A DNA stretch of 32,000 nt from Candidatus Omnitrophota bacterium. GTDB lineage: Bacteria > Omnitrophota > Gorgyraeia > Zapsychrales > JANLHA01. Below the pieces are notes generated by a model. The model worked only from the letters and a program-made list of their open reading frames with translations. It was not told the origin of the DNA and did not search any database. This document shows positions 22,637-31,838 of this stretch, piece by piece (positions within the stretch are counted from its first letter, which is position 1; every line of letters begins with the position of its first letter). The position numbers were made by a program, and so were the translations under genes. The stretch lies in NCBI GenBank assembly GCA_963662715.1, contig OY759724.1, forward strand, positions 1,980,001 through 2,012,000, read 5' to 3'.

Positions 22637-24493
22637 ATGGTTGTCCCCATGATGATGAATTTTTTAACTTTATTGTTATCAACGTGTTGTCTTTGTTATG
22701 TGTTCATCCTTGCGCGGGCTATGAGCTTATGCCTGCATCAGGAAGTTTTCTGGCTGAGCCTTGCTCTGGGAGGTTTTTTCAGCGCGGGATGTGCGGGGTT
22801 TTTCTTTTGGATGCGACGTTCTAAAACCGATAAAAATTCTTTGATTTTTATCGAAATGGGCCAGACAACAGCCGGAGCGCTTGCCGTTCCTTTCATGTAT
22901 TTGAGTTATTGTTTGAGCCTATATATAGGGGAAACATTGAATTACTACGCGGGTCTGTTTTTGTTTTTCTCTTTATATTTGTTTGTCGTTCTTTTTCTGG
23001 GTCTTTGTTCGGGAGGGGCTTTGTTTCTCTTGTCTCGAGGGAACGGCAAAGATTCAGCCCGGAATGAAATCGTTCCGGAACGCCTCAGGTTCCACTTTAC
23101 AGGGTTTCTGTTGTCTGTCATCGTTTTTGTCGTCTTCTGTTGGCTGCGCCGTGAATTGTTTGTCATCGGATTTTGGTTGGGTTTATTGAACCTCGGTATT
23201 GTCTGGGTTTTGATTTTTATCCTAAGACCCCATGAGCAGAATCGGACGCGTAATATTACGGCCGCGAGTATTCTCCTTTTTTTGCTGACGGTCGCTCTGG
23301 TCCGTCAGGCCTCTCTGGAACAGTATTTTTTAAAAAAGTTGTATTTTGTCAAGCCTGTGCAGCAGATTATGGATGTGTTCCGCCTGGACCCGGAGTGGCA
23401 GGATATTACCCGGTATAGAACATCTCATAATAATATTGATATTGTTCCCTTTAACCCTAATCCTTTTGATATTTGGCTGTTGTCTTCATACAGCAGGAAA
23501 TATTTAGACAACCCGGCCTATCCCTGGGCCTATTTTATACTTTTAAATCATCAGCTTCTTCAGAATGCCCAGTGGGATGAATTTCATCATGAATATTTTA
23601 TTCATGTCCCTATTATTCTCCAGGGACAGGTCCCCAGAAAAGTTCTCATATTGGGAAACGGGGGAGGGTTGTTATTAAAAGACCTTATTCAATATGATTC
23701 TATCGAGAGCATCACTTGTGTTGAACGCGATCCCGAGATAATGGATTTCTTCCTGAGTCATTCCATGATGCAGTATATGGGCAGTGGTTCCCTGGGGGAC
23801 CCCCGGGTTGAAATCGTTGATGAAGAAGGCCTGTTATTCATGCAGGATAAAGCCCGGGATTACGATGCTATCTATATAACGTCTCCGGATGTTTCGGGTT
23901 ATGAATTCAGTCAATATTATAGCCAGGAATTTTTCCGTTTTATCGGAGAACATTTGAATGAGAACGGTTTTATCGTGATTGATCCTAAAGGGATTGTTGG
24001 TCCCGGTCCGGAGACCGTTACGGACCGACGGCTTAACCCCTGGCCGAAATATTTAAGTACTCTGATGTCTTCCGGGTATAAAACAATCGTGCCTTATGCC
24101 ATAAATTTGGAGCCCGACAATCCGAAAATTCTTGAGAAAATAGGAATTGTCCTCTACGGCCGGGACTTTTTTGCGTCCGGTTCCTGCGACCCTCAAATTT
24201 CATCTTGTGTGCCTGAAGAAGAAAAATTGCATGCTGTCAAACGCATTGTTTCATCATTCGTTAAAAGTTTCCGGCAGGGATTTATTTTTATGAAGAAAAA
24301 AGAGACTCCCTTGTATTCGGATGTTCCCCTGGCAGGCGTTCCTTGGCAGGTTTTAAATCAGAACCGGGTTGACCGGGCCCTGGCATGGCGTCCGGCTTTC
24401 CCGGAATCCTTTGATAGCACGCAAGTCAATTCTCTCCTGCGGCCCACGTTGCCCGTGTTCCGGTTGCGTTCTTTATTGCCCATATCCGAATAA
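22637..24493 (+). CDS. Polytopic membrane protein fused to a spermidine synthase-like (class I SAM-dependent aminopropyl/methyltransferase fold) domain
   Basis: The N-terminal ~225 aa hold about 7 hydrophobic helices. Then come YRTSHNNIDIV, LLNHQLLQNAQWDEFHHEYFIHVPI (the spermidine synthase LDG..Q...DE..YHE..H.P signature with the Asp replaced), KVLILGNGGGLLLKDL and VERDPEIMDF. Confidence 0.8.
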   Translation: MVVPMMMNFLTLLLSTCCLCYVFILARAMSLCLHQEVFWLSLALGGFFSAGCAGFFFWMRRSKTDKNSLIFIEMGQTTAGALAVPFMYLSYCLSLYIGETLNYYAGLFLFFSLYLFVVLFLGLCSGGALFLLSRGNGKDSARNEIVPERLRFHFTGFLLSVIVFVVFCWLRRELFVIGFWLGLLNLGIVWVLIFILRPHEQNRTRNITAASILLFLLTVALVRQASLEQYFLKKLYFVKPVQQIMDVFRLDPEWQDITRYRTSHNNIDIVPFNPNPFDIWLLSSYSRKYLDNPAYPWAYFILLNHQLLQNAQWDEFHHEYFIHVPIILQGQVPRKVLILGNGGGLLLKDLIQYDSIESITCVERDPEIMDFFLSHSMMQYMGSGSLGDPRVEIVDEEGLLFMQDKARDYDAIYITSPDVSGYEFSQYYSQEFFRFIGEHLNENGFIVIDPKGIVGPGPETVTDRRLNPWPKYLSTLMSSGYKTIVPYAINLEPDNPKILEKIGIVLYGRDFFASGSCDPQISSCVPEEEKLHAVKRIVSSFVKSFRQGFIFMKKKETPLYSDVPLAGVPWQVLNQNRVDRALAWRPAFPESFDSTQVNSLLRPTLPVFRLRSLLPISE

Positions 24494-24517
24494 TTTCTCC
24501 TGAAATTATATTTCTAG

Positions 24518-24544
24518 AAGAGGAATAAAAACGGCCTCTTTTTT
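24518..24544 (+). terminator. Weak candidate terminator after 22637-24493
   Basis: AAGAGG (24518-24523) pairs with CCTCTT (24535-24540) across an 11-nt loop, followed by T-run to 24544. Confidence 0.3.
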
Positions 24545-24634
24545 CCCGGCCGGCAGAAGGCATCATATTTTTAAATAGGAAAGCCTGTGTTTTCTTTGAG
24601 ATTTTTAAAGGAGAAATAATTTATGCGAGGGGGC

Positions 24635-24868
24635 TTATTCAGATGGTTTGTAAGACTCCAGCCTTTTTTTCTGCAGTTCCTTTTGCTGTTCCAGCAGCTT
24701 GCGTTGCTGTTCTTTTCTTTCAGCCTGCAATCTTTCCATGTCATTCGAACCGGAAAAAATGTTTTCTATGGCGGAGGAACTGGAAGAGTTTTCTGCGGAG
24801 GAAGAATCAAAGGGCTGCGAGCAGCCCGTGCATAATATTATACATAAAAATAAGCTAAAGAATTTCAT
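24635..24868 (-). CDS. Small putative lipoprotein with Q/K/E/R-rich helical tail
   Basis: MKFFSLFLCIILCTG|CSQP has a signal peptide with a lipobox-like CTGC. A Ser-rich linker follows, then ERLQAERKEQQRKLLEQQKELQKKRLE. No clear RBS. The plus-strand ORFs over the same DNA look like shadows. Confidence 0.5.
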   Translation of the reverse strand: MKFFSLFLCIILCTGCSQPFDSSSAENSSSSSAIENIFSGSNDMERLQAERKEQQRKLLEQQKELQKKRLESYKPSE

Positions 24869-24916
24869 CGTGAGAAAGGTCAGGGGTAAAAAATAGTTGT
24901 TCCGGTGCGGCCGATT

Positions 24917-25144
24917 TTAACGTCTCTGCAGATCCTTTATCCTCTGTTCCCTGTCTTGTTGGAGCCGACGTTGGCGTTTTCTGACCTCCTCGGCTGTATT
25001 CTGGGTGTAACGCTGCTGCTCTGCTGAAACGGAAGCATCGACTTCTGGTTTGCTGTTATAAGTTTTTTCAACGAAGTACAGCCATCCGAAGTAGAGGGCC
25101 AATAACCAAGCGATTCCTGCTACTAGAATAATAAATCCTCGCAT
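24917..25144 (-). CDS. Small single-pass membrane protein with Q/R-rich helical tail
   Basis: The N-terminal TM is GFIILVAGIAWLLALYFGWLYFV and the tail is EEVRKRQRRLQQDREQRIKDLQRR. TATACT on the minus strand (plus 25151-25156) lies only 6 nt upstream of the ATG, so the mRNA may be leaderless. Confidence 0.5.
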   Translation of the reverse strand: MRGFIILVAGIAWLLALYFGWLYFVEKTYNSKPEVDASVSAEQQRYTQNTAEEVRKRQRRLQQDREQRIKDLQRR

Positions 25145-25417
25145 AGAAGTAGTATAACTAAAAAAAACAGAATCTTCAATAGCAAGATAATAGTTCTTGA
25201 TCTTTAATAAAAATTATGTCAAATTGGTTACGTTACTTCCTGGGGAATCGGGGGTTCCGGTTCTCTGCAGCCGTTGATGGGCATTATGGAATGCCTTGGG
25301 ATGCAGCCTGTCGCGCAACGGCAAGATGTCAATGCCGATGGTCTTTTCGCTCGTTGAGTCATTACGTCATTCGTAAGAATAAATTTAACAATTCGCAGTA
25401 TTAAGGAGGAGTGCGTT

Positions 25418-25807
25418 ATGGATGAAGGATATGATTTTAAAAAGGAATGGCCTAAAATTCAGAAAGAATTGCGACGAATGAGTGACGAAGCCCTGAAAGT
25501 GGTTAAGAAAGGAGAGAAGGAATTAGTCAAATTTTCTAAAGTCAGCAGGGTTCATGTTGATTCCGCTGCCTTGCGGCTGAAACAAGAACATTTGTTCCAT
25601 CTTTTGGGCAGGGAATATGTTAAAGCAAAATTCCCCGGGACGCATTCCCCGAAAATGAAAAAACTTATAGGGGAGTATAGTAAGCTGGAAAAAGAACTGA
25701 CTGTTCTCAGGCAGGAGTTGAAAGCAAAGGGCCCCGTGAGGAAGAAGAAAACTTCAGGAACAAAAAAAAGGACTAAACAGGCGTCTTCAGCCGGTAAGAA
25801 AGCTTAG
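25418..25807 (+). CDS. Hypothetical coiled-coil protein with basic C-terminal tail
   Basis: Strong RBS AAGGAGGA 7-8 nt upstream of the ATG. The protein is a charged helical 129-aa product with no recognised motif. Confidence 0.7.
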   Translation: MDEGYDFKKEWPKIQKELRRMSDEALKVVKKGEKELVKFSKVSRVHVDSAALRLKQEHLFHLLGREYVKAKFPGTHSPKMKKLIGEYSKLEKELTVLRQELKAKGPVRKKKTSGTKKRTKQASSAGKKA

Positions 25808-25863
25808 CTGTCCCGGCATAATTCGTTGATTTATCAGATTTCGGGAGTATGGAGTTATAAGGC

Positions 25864-25892
25864 TTGACTATTCTGAGACCTGATAGTATAAT
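25864..25892 (+). promoter_or_regulatory. Consensus-like sigma70 promoter TTGACT-N17-TATAAT for rpsO-pnp
   Basis: TTGACT at 25864-25869, an exact 17-nt spacer, and TATAAT at 25887-25892. It lies about 55 nt upstream of the rpsO start. Confidence 0.65.
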
Positions 25893-25947
25893 ACACGCCA
25901 CGTTTATAACTATTAATAATTAATATAATTAGGGAGGAAAAGGTAAA

Positions 25948-26217
25948 TTGGTGTTAATTAAGGAAAGAAAAACTGAAGTGATCGACAATTTTAGAGTGCA
26001 TGCGAAGGACACCGGGTCGGCAGAAGTCCAGGTGGCTTTGTTAAGTGAAAAGATCAAATATCTCTCGGAACATCTGAAGGTTCATCGCAAGGATTTCCAT
26101 TCTAGACGCGGTTTGCTTATGATGATTGGAAAAAGACGGCGTCTTTTATCCTACCTTAAAAAGAAGAATCCACAGAGATACGAAGAAACCATTAAGAAAC
26201 TCGATTTACGTAAATGA
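25948..26217 (+). CDS. rpsO: 30S ribosomal protein S15
   Basis: [52 protein letters not shown] is unmistakably S15. The RBS is AGGGAGGA. The start is TTG 25948 or GTG 25951. Confidence 0.95.
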   Translation: MVLIKERKTEVIDNFRVHAKDTGSAEVQVALLSEKIKYLSEHLKVHRKDFHSRRGLLMMIGKRRRLLSYLKKKNPQRYEETIKKLDLRK

Positions 26218-26226
26218 GGTTAATAC

Positions 26227-28338
26227 ATGACGTTAGGACGAATTGAAATCCCTTTCGGTGCCCAGAATCTAATTATTGAAAGCGGCAGACTTGCCAAACA
26301 AGCTAATGGTGCAGTAACAGTGACTTATGGCGGGACTGTCGTTCTTGTAACAGCCTGTATGGCTAAAAAACCCAGAGAAGGAATAGATTTTTTCCCTCTT
26401 ATGGTTGAATATCAAGAAAAAACATATTCTGCCGGCAGAATTCCGGGGGGATTCTTTAAACGGGAAGGCCGGCCGACGGAAAAAGAGATTTTGACAGCCC
26501 GGGTCATTGACCGGCCGTTAAGACCGTTGTTCCCGGAAGGATTATATAATGATGTGCAGATCGTTGCTTCAGTCTTGAGCAGTGACGGTGAATATGACCC
26601 GGATATCCTCGCTCTGGTCGGGGCTTCGGCCGCTTTGATTGTTTCGGATATCCCGTTTGACTTCTCTCTGGGGGCTGTGCGGGTCGGCTGTATTGAAGAA
26701 CAGTTTATTTTAAATCCTTCTTATGCGCAGAGAGATGAGAGTGATTTGGATTTTATTGTCGCTGGACATGAAGACGGAATTGCGATGATTGAAGGCGACG
26801 GGAAGTCTATTTCTGAAGAAAAAATTTTGAATGCTTTGAAATTCGCTTATGAAGCCTTAATCCCTATTGCCGCGATTCAGAATGAATTGCGCAAAGAAGT
26901 CGGAAAGCCCAAACAGGAGGTGGAGGTCCGCCTGCCGCATCCGGGCCTGATTGATAAAATCAGAAATTTGGCGCAGGGACGGTTGACGGATGTTTACAAA
27001 ATCGGTGACAAGGAAGAACGCGAAGACGCTTTACACGAAATTTTTGAAACCCTTGTCCAGGATATGTCTGTTTTTGATGAATTTAAATCAGAAGAGGATG
27101 ATGAGATTAGCGAATCCTCAATCCGCCGGATTTTTGACCAGATTGAATATGAAGAGGTGCGGCGTCTTATCCTTAAAGAGGGCCGCCGGGCAGATGGCCG
27201 GGGGCTGAAAGATATCCGTCCCATTACCTGCGAGGTGAACGTTTTGCCCCGCACGCATGGGGCCAGCCTTTTCACAAGAGGGCAGACACAAAGTCTGGCC
27301 ATTGTGACTTTGGGGACGAAAAGAGATGAACAGCTGATTGAATCGCTGGAAGAAACGTCTTATAAGAATTTTATGCTGCATTACAACTTCCCCTCTTTCA
27401 GTGTCGGAGAGACCCGGCCTATGCGCGGACCTGGCCGTCGGGAAATCGGGCATGGAGCTTTAGCCGCGCGGTCTCTTGTCCCTGTATTGCCGACTAAGGA
27501 TGAGTTCCCTTACACGGTCCGGGTGGTTTCGGAAATATTGGAATCTAACGGATCTTCGAGCATGGCTTCTGTCTGTGCCGGCTGTTTATCCCTGATGGAT
27601 GCCGGGGTTCCGATCAAGGACACGGTTGCCGGGATATCCATAGGATTAATCACGGATGAAGAGGATCAGCTCCTTATTACGGATATCATGGGATTAGAGG
27701 ACCATTTCGGAGATATGGATTTTAAAGTGGCCGGGACACGAAAAGGGGTAACGGGTATTCAGCTTGATTTGAAAATCAAGCAGGTCAACCTGGATCTTTT
27801 AGCTAAGGCGCTTGAGCAGGCCCGGGAAGCCCGTTTATTCATCCTGGACAAAATGCATGCGGCGATTGCTTCTCCAAGAGAGGAGTTGTCGGAATATGCG
27901 CCAAGAATTATGAGTTGTCAAATTCCGACAGAGAAGATCGGAGAAGTGATCGGGCCGGGCGGCCGTGTTATCAAAAAGATCATGGAGGAGACCGGTGTGA
28001 CCTCCATCGACATTGAGGATGACGGGAAAGTGCTTATAGCATCTTCTGATAAGATCGCTGCCGAAAAAGCGCTGGAAACCATAAAAGCTATCATCGAGGA
28101 GCCGGAAGTCGGAAAAATTTATATGTCGACGGTTAAACGCGTCACAAACTTCGGCGCGTTTGTCGAATTTCTCCCCGGGAAGGAAGGCTTGGTTCACATA
28201 TCCGAGTTGTCAGACACTTATGTCAAAGACTGTAATGATGTTGTGCATGAGGGAGACCGGTTTAAAGTAAAACTTATCGAGATTGATAAGTTGAAGAGGG
28301 TTAACTTGAGCAAAAAGCAGGCAGAAGCTGCTGAATAA
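26227..28338 (+). CDS. pnp: Polyribonucleotide nucleotidyltransferase (PNPase)
   Basis: 703 aa with two RNase PH domains (FPLMVEYQEKTYSAGRIPGGFFKREGRP; RREIGHGALA), a KH domain (IGEVIGPGGRVIKKI) and an S1 domain (VTNFGAFVEFLPGKEGLVHISEL). The canonical rpsO-pnp synteny is present, with a 9-nt gap. Confidence 0.97.
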   Translation: MTLGRIEIPFGAQNLIIESGRLAKQANGAVTVTYGGTVVLVTACMAKKPREGIDFFPLMVEYQEKTYSAGRIPGGFFKREGRPTEKEILTARVIDRPLRPLFPEGLYNDVQIVASVLSSDGEYDPDILALVGASAALIVSDIPFDFSLGAVRVGCIEEQFILNPSYAQRDESDLDFIVAGHEDGIAMIEGDGKSISEEKILNALKFAYEALIPIAAIQNELRKEVGKPKQEVEVRLPHPGLIDKIRNLAQGRLTDVYKIGDKEEREDALHEIFETLVQDMSVFDEFKSEEDDEISESSIRRIFDQIEYEEVRRLILKEGRRADGRGLKDIRPITCEVNVLPRTHGASLFTRGQTQSLAIVTLGTKRDEQLIESLEETSYKNFMLHYNFPSFSVGETRPMRGPGRREIGHGALAARSLVPVLPTKDEFPYTVRVVSEILESNGSSSMASVCAGCLSLMDAGVPIKDTVAGISIGLITDEEDQLLITDIMGLEDHFGDMDFKVAGTRKGVTGIQLDLKIKQVNLDLLAKALEQAREARLFILDKMHAAIASPREELSEYAPRIMSCQIPTEKIGEVIGPGGRVIKKIMEETGVTSIDIEDDGKVLIASSDKIAAEKALETIKAIIEEPEVGKIYMSTVKRVTNFGAFVEFLPGKEGLVHISELSDTYVKDCNDVVHEGDRFKVKLIEIDKLKRVNLSKKQAEAAE

Positions 28339-28627
28339 ATATATTTTGCTTCTTAGGCAAAACGGAATTTGGGAATGCGTTTGTTTTATGAAAGTTCCGG
28401 AAGCGAAATGGTCTTTAAAGAGAACTATAAATATTAGAAATAGATTGAAAAATTTCTAATGTGATAGAAAATAAGATAAGAAAGCAACAACAGACTCTCA
28501 GGTTTCTTCAATAAACTATTGTATCTGTGTGTATAATCCTGAATATTTTCAGGCTTGCCGCTCCTGGATGAAATCAAGACCGCAATTTGTATTTAATTGA
28601 TTCGTTTTTGGTTTTTATCGATCTCCG

Positions 28628-30880
28628 ATGAAAAAGGAACTCCTCAATGAAATCCAAGGAATTGTCGTTCTTGCCATTGGCTTGATTCTCCTCGCCAGTC
28701 TCATTTCTTTTGTTCCGGAAGACCTCCCCTGGTACAGCACGCAAACCCAGGGGGCCGTGAGCAACCTTGTCGGTATCGTCGGTGCTTATACCGCCGGGAC
28801 ACTTTTTTTCGCTTTTGGTTACAGCGCTTACTGTCTGGTTATCTTCCTTTTCTTCTGGAGTTGGAACCAATTTTCCCAGCAGGAACTGGATTTCACTGTC
28901 CCGAAGGTCCTTATTGCATTTATTCTTTTTTGCGTTGTGAGTTCTCTGCTGGCTATGGCGGGGGATGGGGCGAGTGTCGCCCGTTTTGAACGGGGCGGCC
29001 TTATTGGCTTTGTTTCGGCCGATTATCTTGTCCGTTATTTAAGACCCACCGGAGCGTATATTATCCTTTTAACATTGGGATCGCTCACCCTGGTTTTAAC
29101 AGGGGAGTTTTTAGTTTCTCCCCTGCTTTTTAAATTAACCGAATGGGGCCGGCGGTTCCTGTTTTATTGCCGGGACGGATTGCTGGAATGGGTTGAACAG
29201 AGGAAAGCCAGGGCGATAACAACTCCTAAAAACAAGCCGCGTTTTAAAATAAATATTCAACAGCCGCAGAGAAAGAAAGAGACGGCCGAGGTTGCTGAGG
29301 AGGACGAAGAAGAGGATGAAGAATATGAAGAGGAGGAATATGAGGAAGCGGAAGATTCTTTCCAGCCTGCTCCCGGTCGCCGGAAGCCCAGAATACGCAT
29401 TGCAAAATCTAAAGGAAAGTCGCCTGATCCTGAATCTTTGACCCCTAAAGTCGTTGGGGAATATATTATCCCGAGTTTAGAGCTTCTGGCCTCTCCGCCT
29501 CAAATTCCGACTTCAAAGCTGGAGAGTGATCTGGAGGAGGGGGCGAGGACATTGGAAAACACGCTGGGAGACTTTAACGTCAGTGCTCGGGTTGCGGATA
29601 TAGAGCGGGGGCCGGTTATTACGCGGTATGAACTGGAGCCGGCGCCTGGGGTGAAAATTCAGAAAATTACAACATTATCTGACGACATCGCTTTAGCGAT
29701 GCGGGCGGCCGCGATACGGATCGTTGCTCCTATCCCGGGCAAGAACCGCGTCGGGATAGAAGTTCCCAACAGTTCAACGGCAGCGGTTTTTCTTAAGGAA
29801 GTGTTAACGGAAAGCAATTTTCAGAAATCCAAGTCAAAACTTATGCTGGCCATCGGGAAGAATATCTCGGGGCGACCGATTATCGCAGATTTGGGGGAAA
29901 TGCCTCATTTATTGATCGCCGGGACCACCGGAGCCGGCAAGACGGTTTGCGTGAACAGTTTAATTATGTCCATGTTGTTTAACGCCACCCCCGATGAAGT
30001 GAAATTTCTTATGGTTGACCCGAAAATGGTCGAACTTGCCCAGTATAATGATATTCCCCATATGCTTTGCCCGGCCGTAACCGACCACAAGAAAGTCTCT
30101 TCGGCTCTTAATTGGGTCGTGGGGGAAATGGAAAACAGGTATCAGATGTTGTCGAAAGCCGGTGTCCGGAATATCAAGGCCTATCATGCCAAAGGGATGA
30201 GTCTGCCGTATATTGTGATTATTATTGATGAGCTGGCGGACCTTATGCAGGTGTCGGCCAAGACCGTTGAAAGCGCTATTACACGTCTTGCCCAATTATC
30301 AAGAGCGGTGGGGATCCATCTGATTCTGGCGACTCAGAGACCTTCGGTCGATGTCATCACCGGGGTCATTAAGGCGAACTTTCCGGCCAGGATATCCTTT
30401 AAAGTGGCCTCAAAGGTCGATTCAAGAACCGTTTTGGATATGAACGGGGCCGAGACTTTGCTGGGGAAAGGGGACATGCTTTTTATGAAGCCGGGTGATG
30501 CCAAGCCGACCCGGGGGCAATGCAGTTATGTTACGGACGACGAAGTTCATCAGGTGATTGATTTTATCAAGAATCAGCAAGAGCCGACTTATGACAACAC
30601 GATCCTTACGTCACAAAAAGGGGGCGGGGCCGGGGATTCTGACCATAAAGATGAATTGTACGACGAGGCCGTCCGGTTGGTCATCGAGACCAATCAGGCT
30701 TCGGTCTCTATATTACAGCGGCGCATGAGACTGGGGTATACGAGAGCCGCCCGTCTGATCGACATGATGGAGCAGGACGGCCTGGTAGGCCCTTACTGCG
30801 GGAGTAAGCCGAGAGATATTTTAGTCGACCGTGAAGAATGGCTTATGGAACATCTGAACCAGAATGAAAGTGAAGCATAA
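28628..30880 (+). CDS. ftsK: DNA translocase FtsK/SpoIIIE
   Basis: Four N-terminal TM helices and an acidic/basic linker. The motor has Walker A LLIAGTTGAGKT, Walker B IVIIIDELADL and ILATQRPS. The C-terminal gamma winged helix reads SILQRRMRLGYTRAARLIDMMEQDG. Confidence 0.95.
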   Translation: MKKELLNEIQGIVVLAIGLILLASLISFVPEDLPWYSTQTQGAVSNLVGIVGAYTAGTLFFAFGYSAYCLVIFLFFWSWNQFSQQELDFTVPKVLIAFILFCVVSSLLAMAGDGASVARFERGGLIGFVSADYLVRYLRPTGAYIILLTLGSLTLVLTGEFLVSPLLFKLTEWGRRFLFYCRDGLLEWVEQRKARAITTPKNKPRFKINIQQPQRKKETAEVAEEDEEEDEEYEEEEYEEAEDSFQPAPGRRKPRIRIAKSKGKSPDPESLTPKVVGEYIIPSLELLASPPQIPTSKLESDLEEGARTLENTLGDFNVSARVADIERGPVITRYELEPAPGVKIQKITTLSDDIALAMRAAAIRIVAPIPGKNRVGIEVPNSSTAAVFLKEVLTESNFQKSKSKLMLAIGKNISGRPIIADLGEMPHLLIAGTTGAGKTVCVNSLIMSMLFNATPDEVKFLMVDPKMVELAQYNDIPHMLCPAVTDHKKVSSALNWVVGEMENRYQMLSKAGVRNIKAYHAKGMSLPYIVIIIDELADLMQVSAKTVESAITRLAQLSRAVGIHLILATQRPSVDVITGVIKANFPARISFKVASKVDSRTVLDMNGAETLLGKGDMLFMKPGDAKPTRGQCSYVTDDEVHQVIDFIKNQQEPTYDNTILTSQKGGGAGDSDHKDELYDEAVRLVIETNQASVSILQRRMRLGYTRAARLIDMMEQDGLVGPYCGSKPRDILVDREEWLMEHLNQNESEA

Positions 30881-30882
30881 GC

Positions 30883-31731
30883 ATGTCTGATGCCCAACAA
30901 AAACATCGTCCAAAGGGCGAAATACTCAAGGAAGCCAGGGAAGCCCAGGGGTTATCGTTGCTGTCGGTTCATGAAGCCACAAAAATCCCTTTGGATGTCC
31001 TGAAGGCTATTGAAGAGGGCTATACGGTCAGAACCCTGTCGCCGTTTTATCTTAAGGGGTTCGTTAAAATGTATGCCCAGCATTTGGGTGTCGATATCCA
31101 TCAGGTCATTGATAATTATCACCGGGAAAAATTGCCGAAAAAAATAGAAGAAGAAAAAGAACGCGTTTCGGTCAGTTTTGATATTCAAAGATTCTGGACA
31201 AAGAATATTCAACAGCAGTTTTTTAAAGGGGCTGCCGTTCTCCTGGCCCTTTTCCTGGTTTTCCGGGTCGTCGGGTGTATTAAGAATAACAGGCAGCAGC
31301 GGGCTCAGAAGGGAGATACGGAAGTTTCTGGCACAGCTCCTTCTTCCGAAGAGGATGCTTCTCAAGCCGGACAGCAAGAGGAGGGAAAGGAACAACCGAA
31401 AACTTCTGCTCCGGCCCCGACAGTTCCGCCCAAGAAGGAAAAAACTCCTCCGGAACCTGTTGCCTCGGTTAAAGAAGTTCGCTTAACGGTAAAAGCGAAA
31501 AAGAGCGGTTGGTTGCAAGTTAAGGTGGACGGGAACCTGGTGTTTCAGTCGATATTAAACAGCGGCGCGACTGAGACGTGGGAAGCCGAGCAATCCATAG
31601 AACTTTCCGGTAAGAATATTCATTCCCTGGAATATGAAGTGAATGGGAAAGTTCTGGGGGAACTCGGACGCACTGACCGTTCAGCCAGACGGGTGGTTAT
31701 TACTAAAGATGGATTTACCGTTAAGCAGTAA
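30883..31731 (+). CDS. rodZ: RodZ-like cytoskeleton protein (HTH + TM + DUF4115)
   Basis: The N-terminal HTH is LKEAREAQGLSLLSVHEATKIPLDVLKAIEEG. A TM (AAVLLALFLVFRVVGCI) and a P/E/K-rich linker follow. The C-terminal DUF4115-like beta domain reads VRLTVKAKKSGWLQVKVDGNLVFQ...EYEVNGK. The start is 2 nt after the ftsK stop. Confidence 0.75.
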   Translation: MSDAQQKHRPKGEILKEAREAQGLSLLSVHEATKIPLDVLKAIEEGYTVRTLSPFYLKGFVKMYAQHLGVDIHQVIDNYHREKLPKKIEEEKERVSVSFDIQRFWTKNIQQQFFKGAAVLLALFLVFRVVGCIKNNRQQRAQKGDTEVSGTAPSSEEDASQAGQQEEGKEQPKTSAPAPTVPPKKEKTPPEPVASVKEVRLTVKAKKSGWLQVKVDGNLVFQSILNSGATETWEAEQSIELSGKNIHSLEYEVNGKVLGELGRTDRSARRVVITKDGFTVKQ

Positions 31732-31838
31732 TCCTCAAGTTTGCCATTCCAGTCTTTTTTTCATATTTTAGAAAGAAGGGTCGCCCGTAGCCTCGGGGAA
31801 GAAGTCGTAACCAAGAAAACGGCTACAACATACGTCCA

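Noticed and set aside
22637-23320. Idea that the polytopic N-terminal domain after the pilin genes is a novel prepilin peptidase, with the fused methyltransferase fold acting like PilD
   Set aside because: I found no GxGD or paired catalytic Asp motifs typical of A24/FlaK/PibD peptidases. The soluble domain carries spermidine-synthase rather than PilD-type signatures.
25216-25404. 62-aa ORF upstream of 25418
   Set aside because: The Cys/Arg/Trp-rich sequence has no RBS and lies over a self-complementary segment. It is treated as a non-coding leader (see findings) rather than a gene.
28434-28459. AT-rich inverted repeat TTAGAAAT-N10-ATTTCTAA, and CCTGAA-TATT-TTCAGG at 28538-28553, in the pnp-ftsK spacer
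   Set aside because: These are short AT-rich palindromes expected by chance in an AT-rich spacer. There is no U-tract, and I could not tie them to a convincing promoter or terminator.
28574-28870. 98-aa minus-strand ORF overlapping the ftsK start
   Set aside because: It is antisense to the well-supported FtsK N-terminal TM region and has no features of its own.
29296-29360. GAA/GAG-rich purine tract (EEDEEEDEEYEEEEYEEAED) that looks like a DNA repeat
   Set aside because: It lies in frame within the variable linker of FtsK. Acidic low-complexity linkers are normal for this protein, so it is not an independent element.
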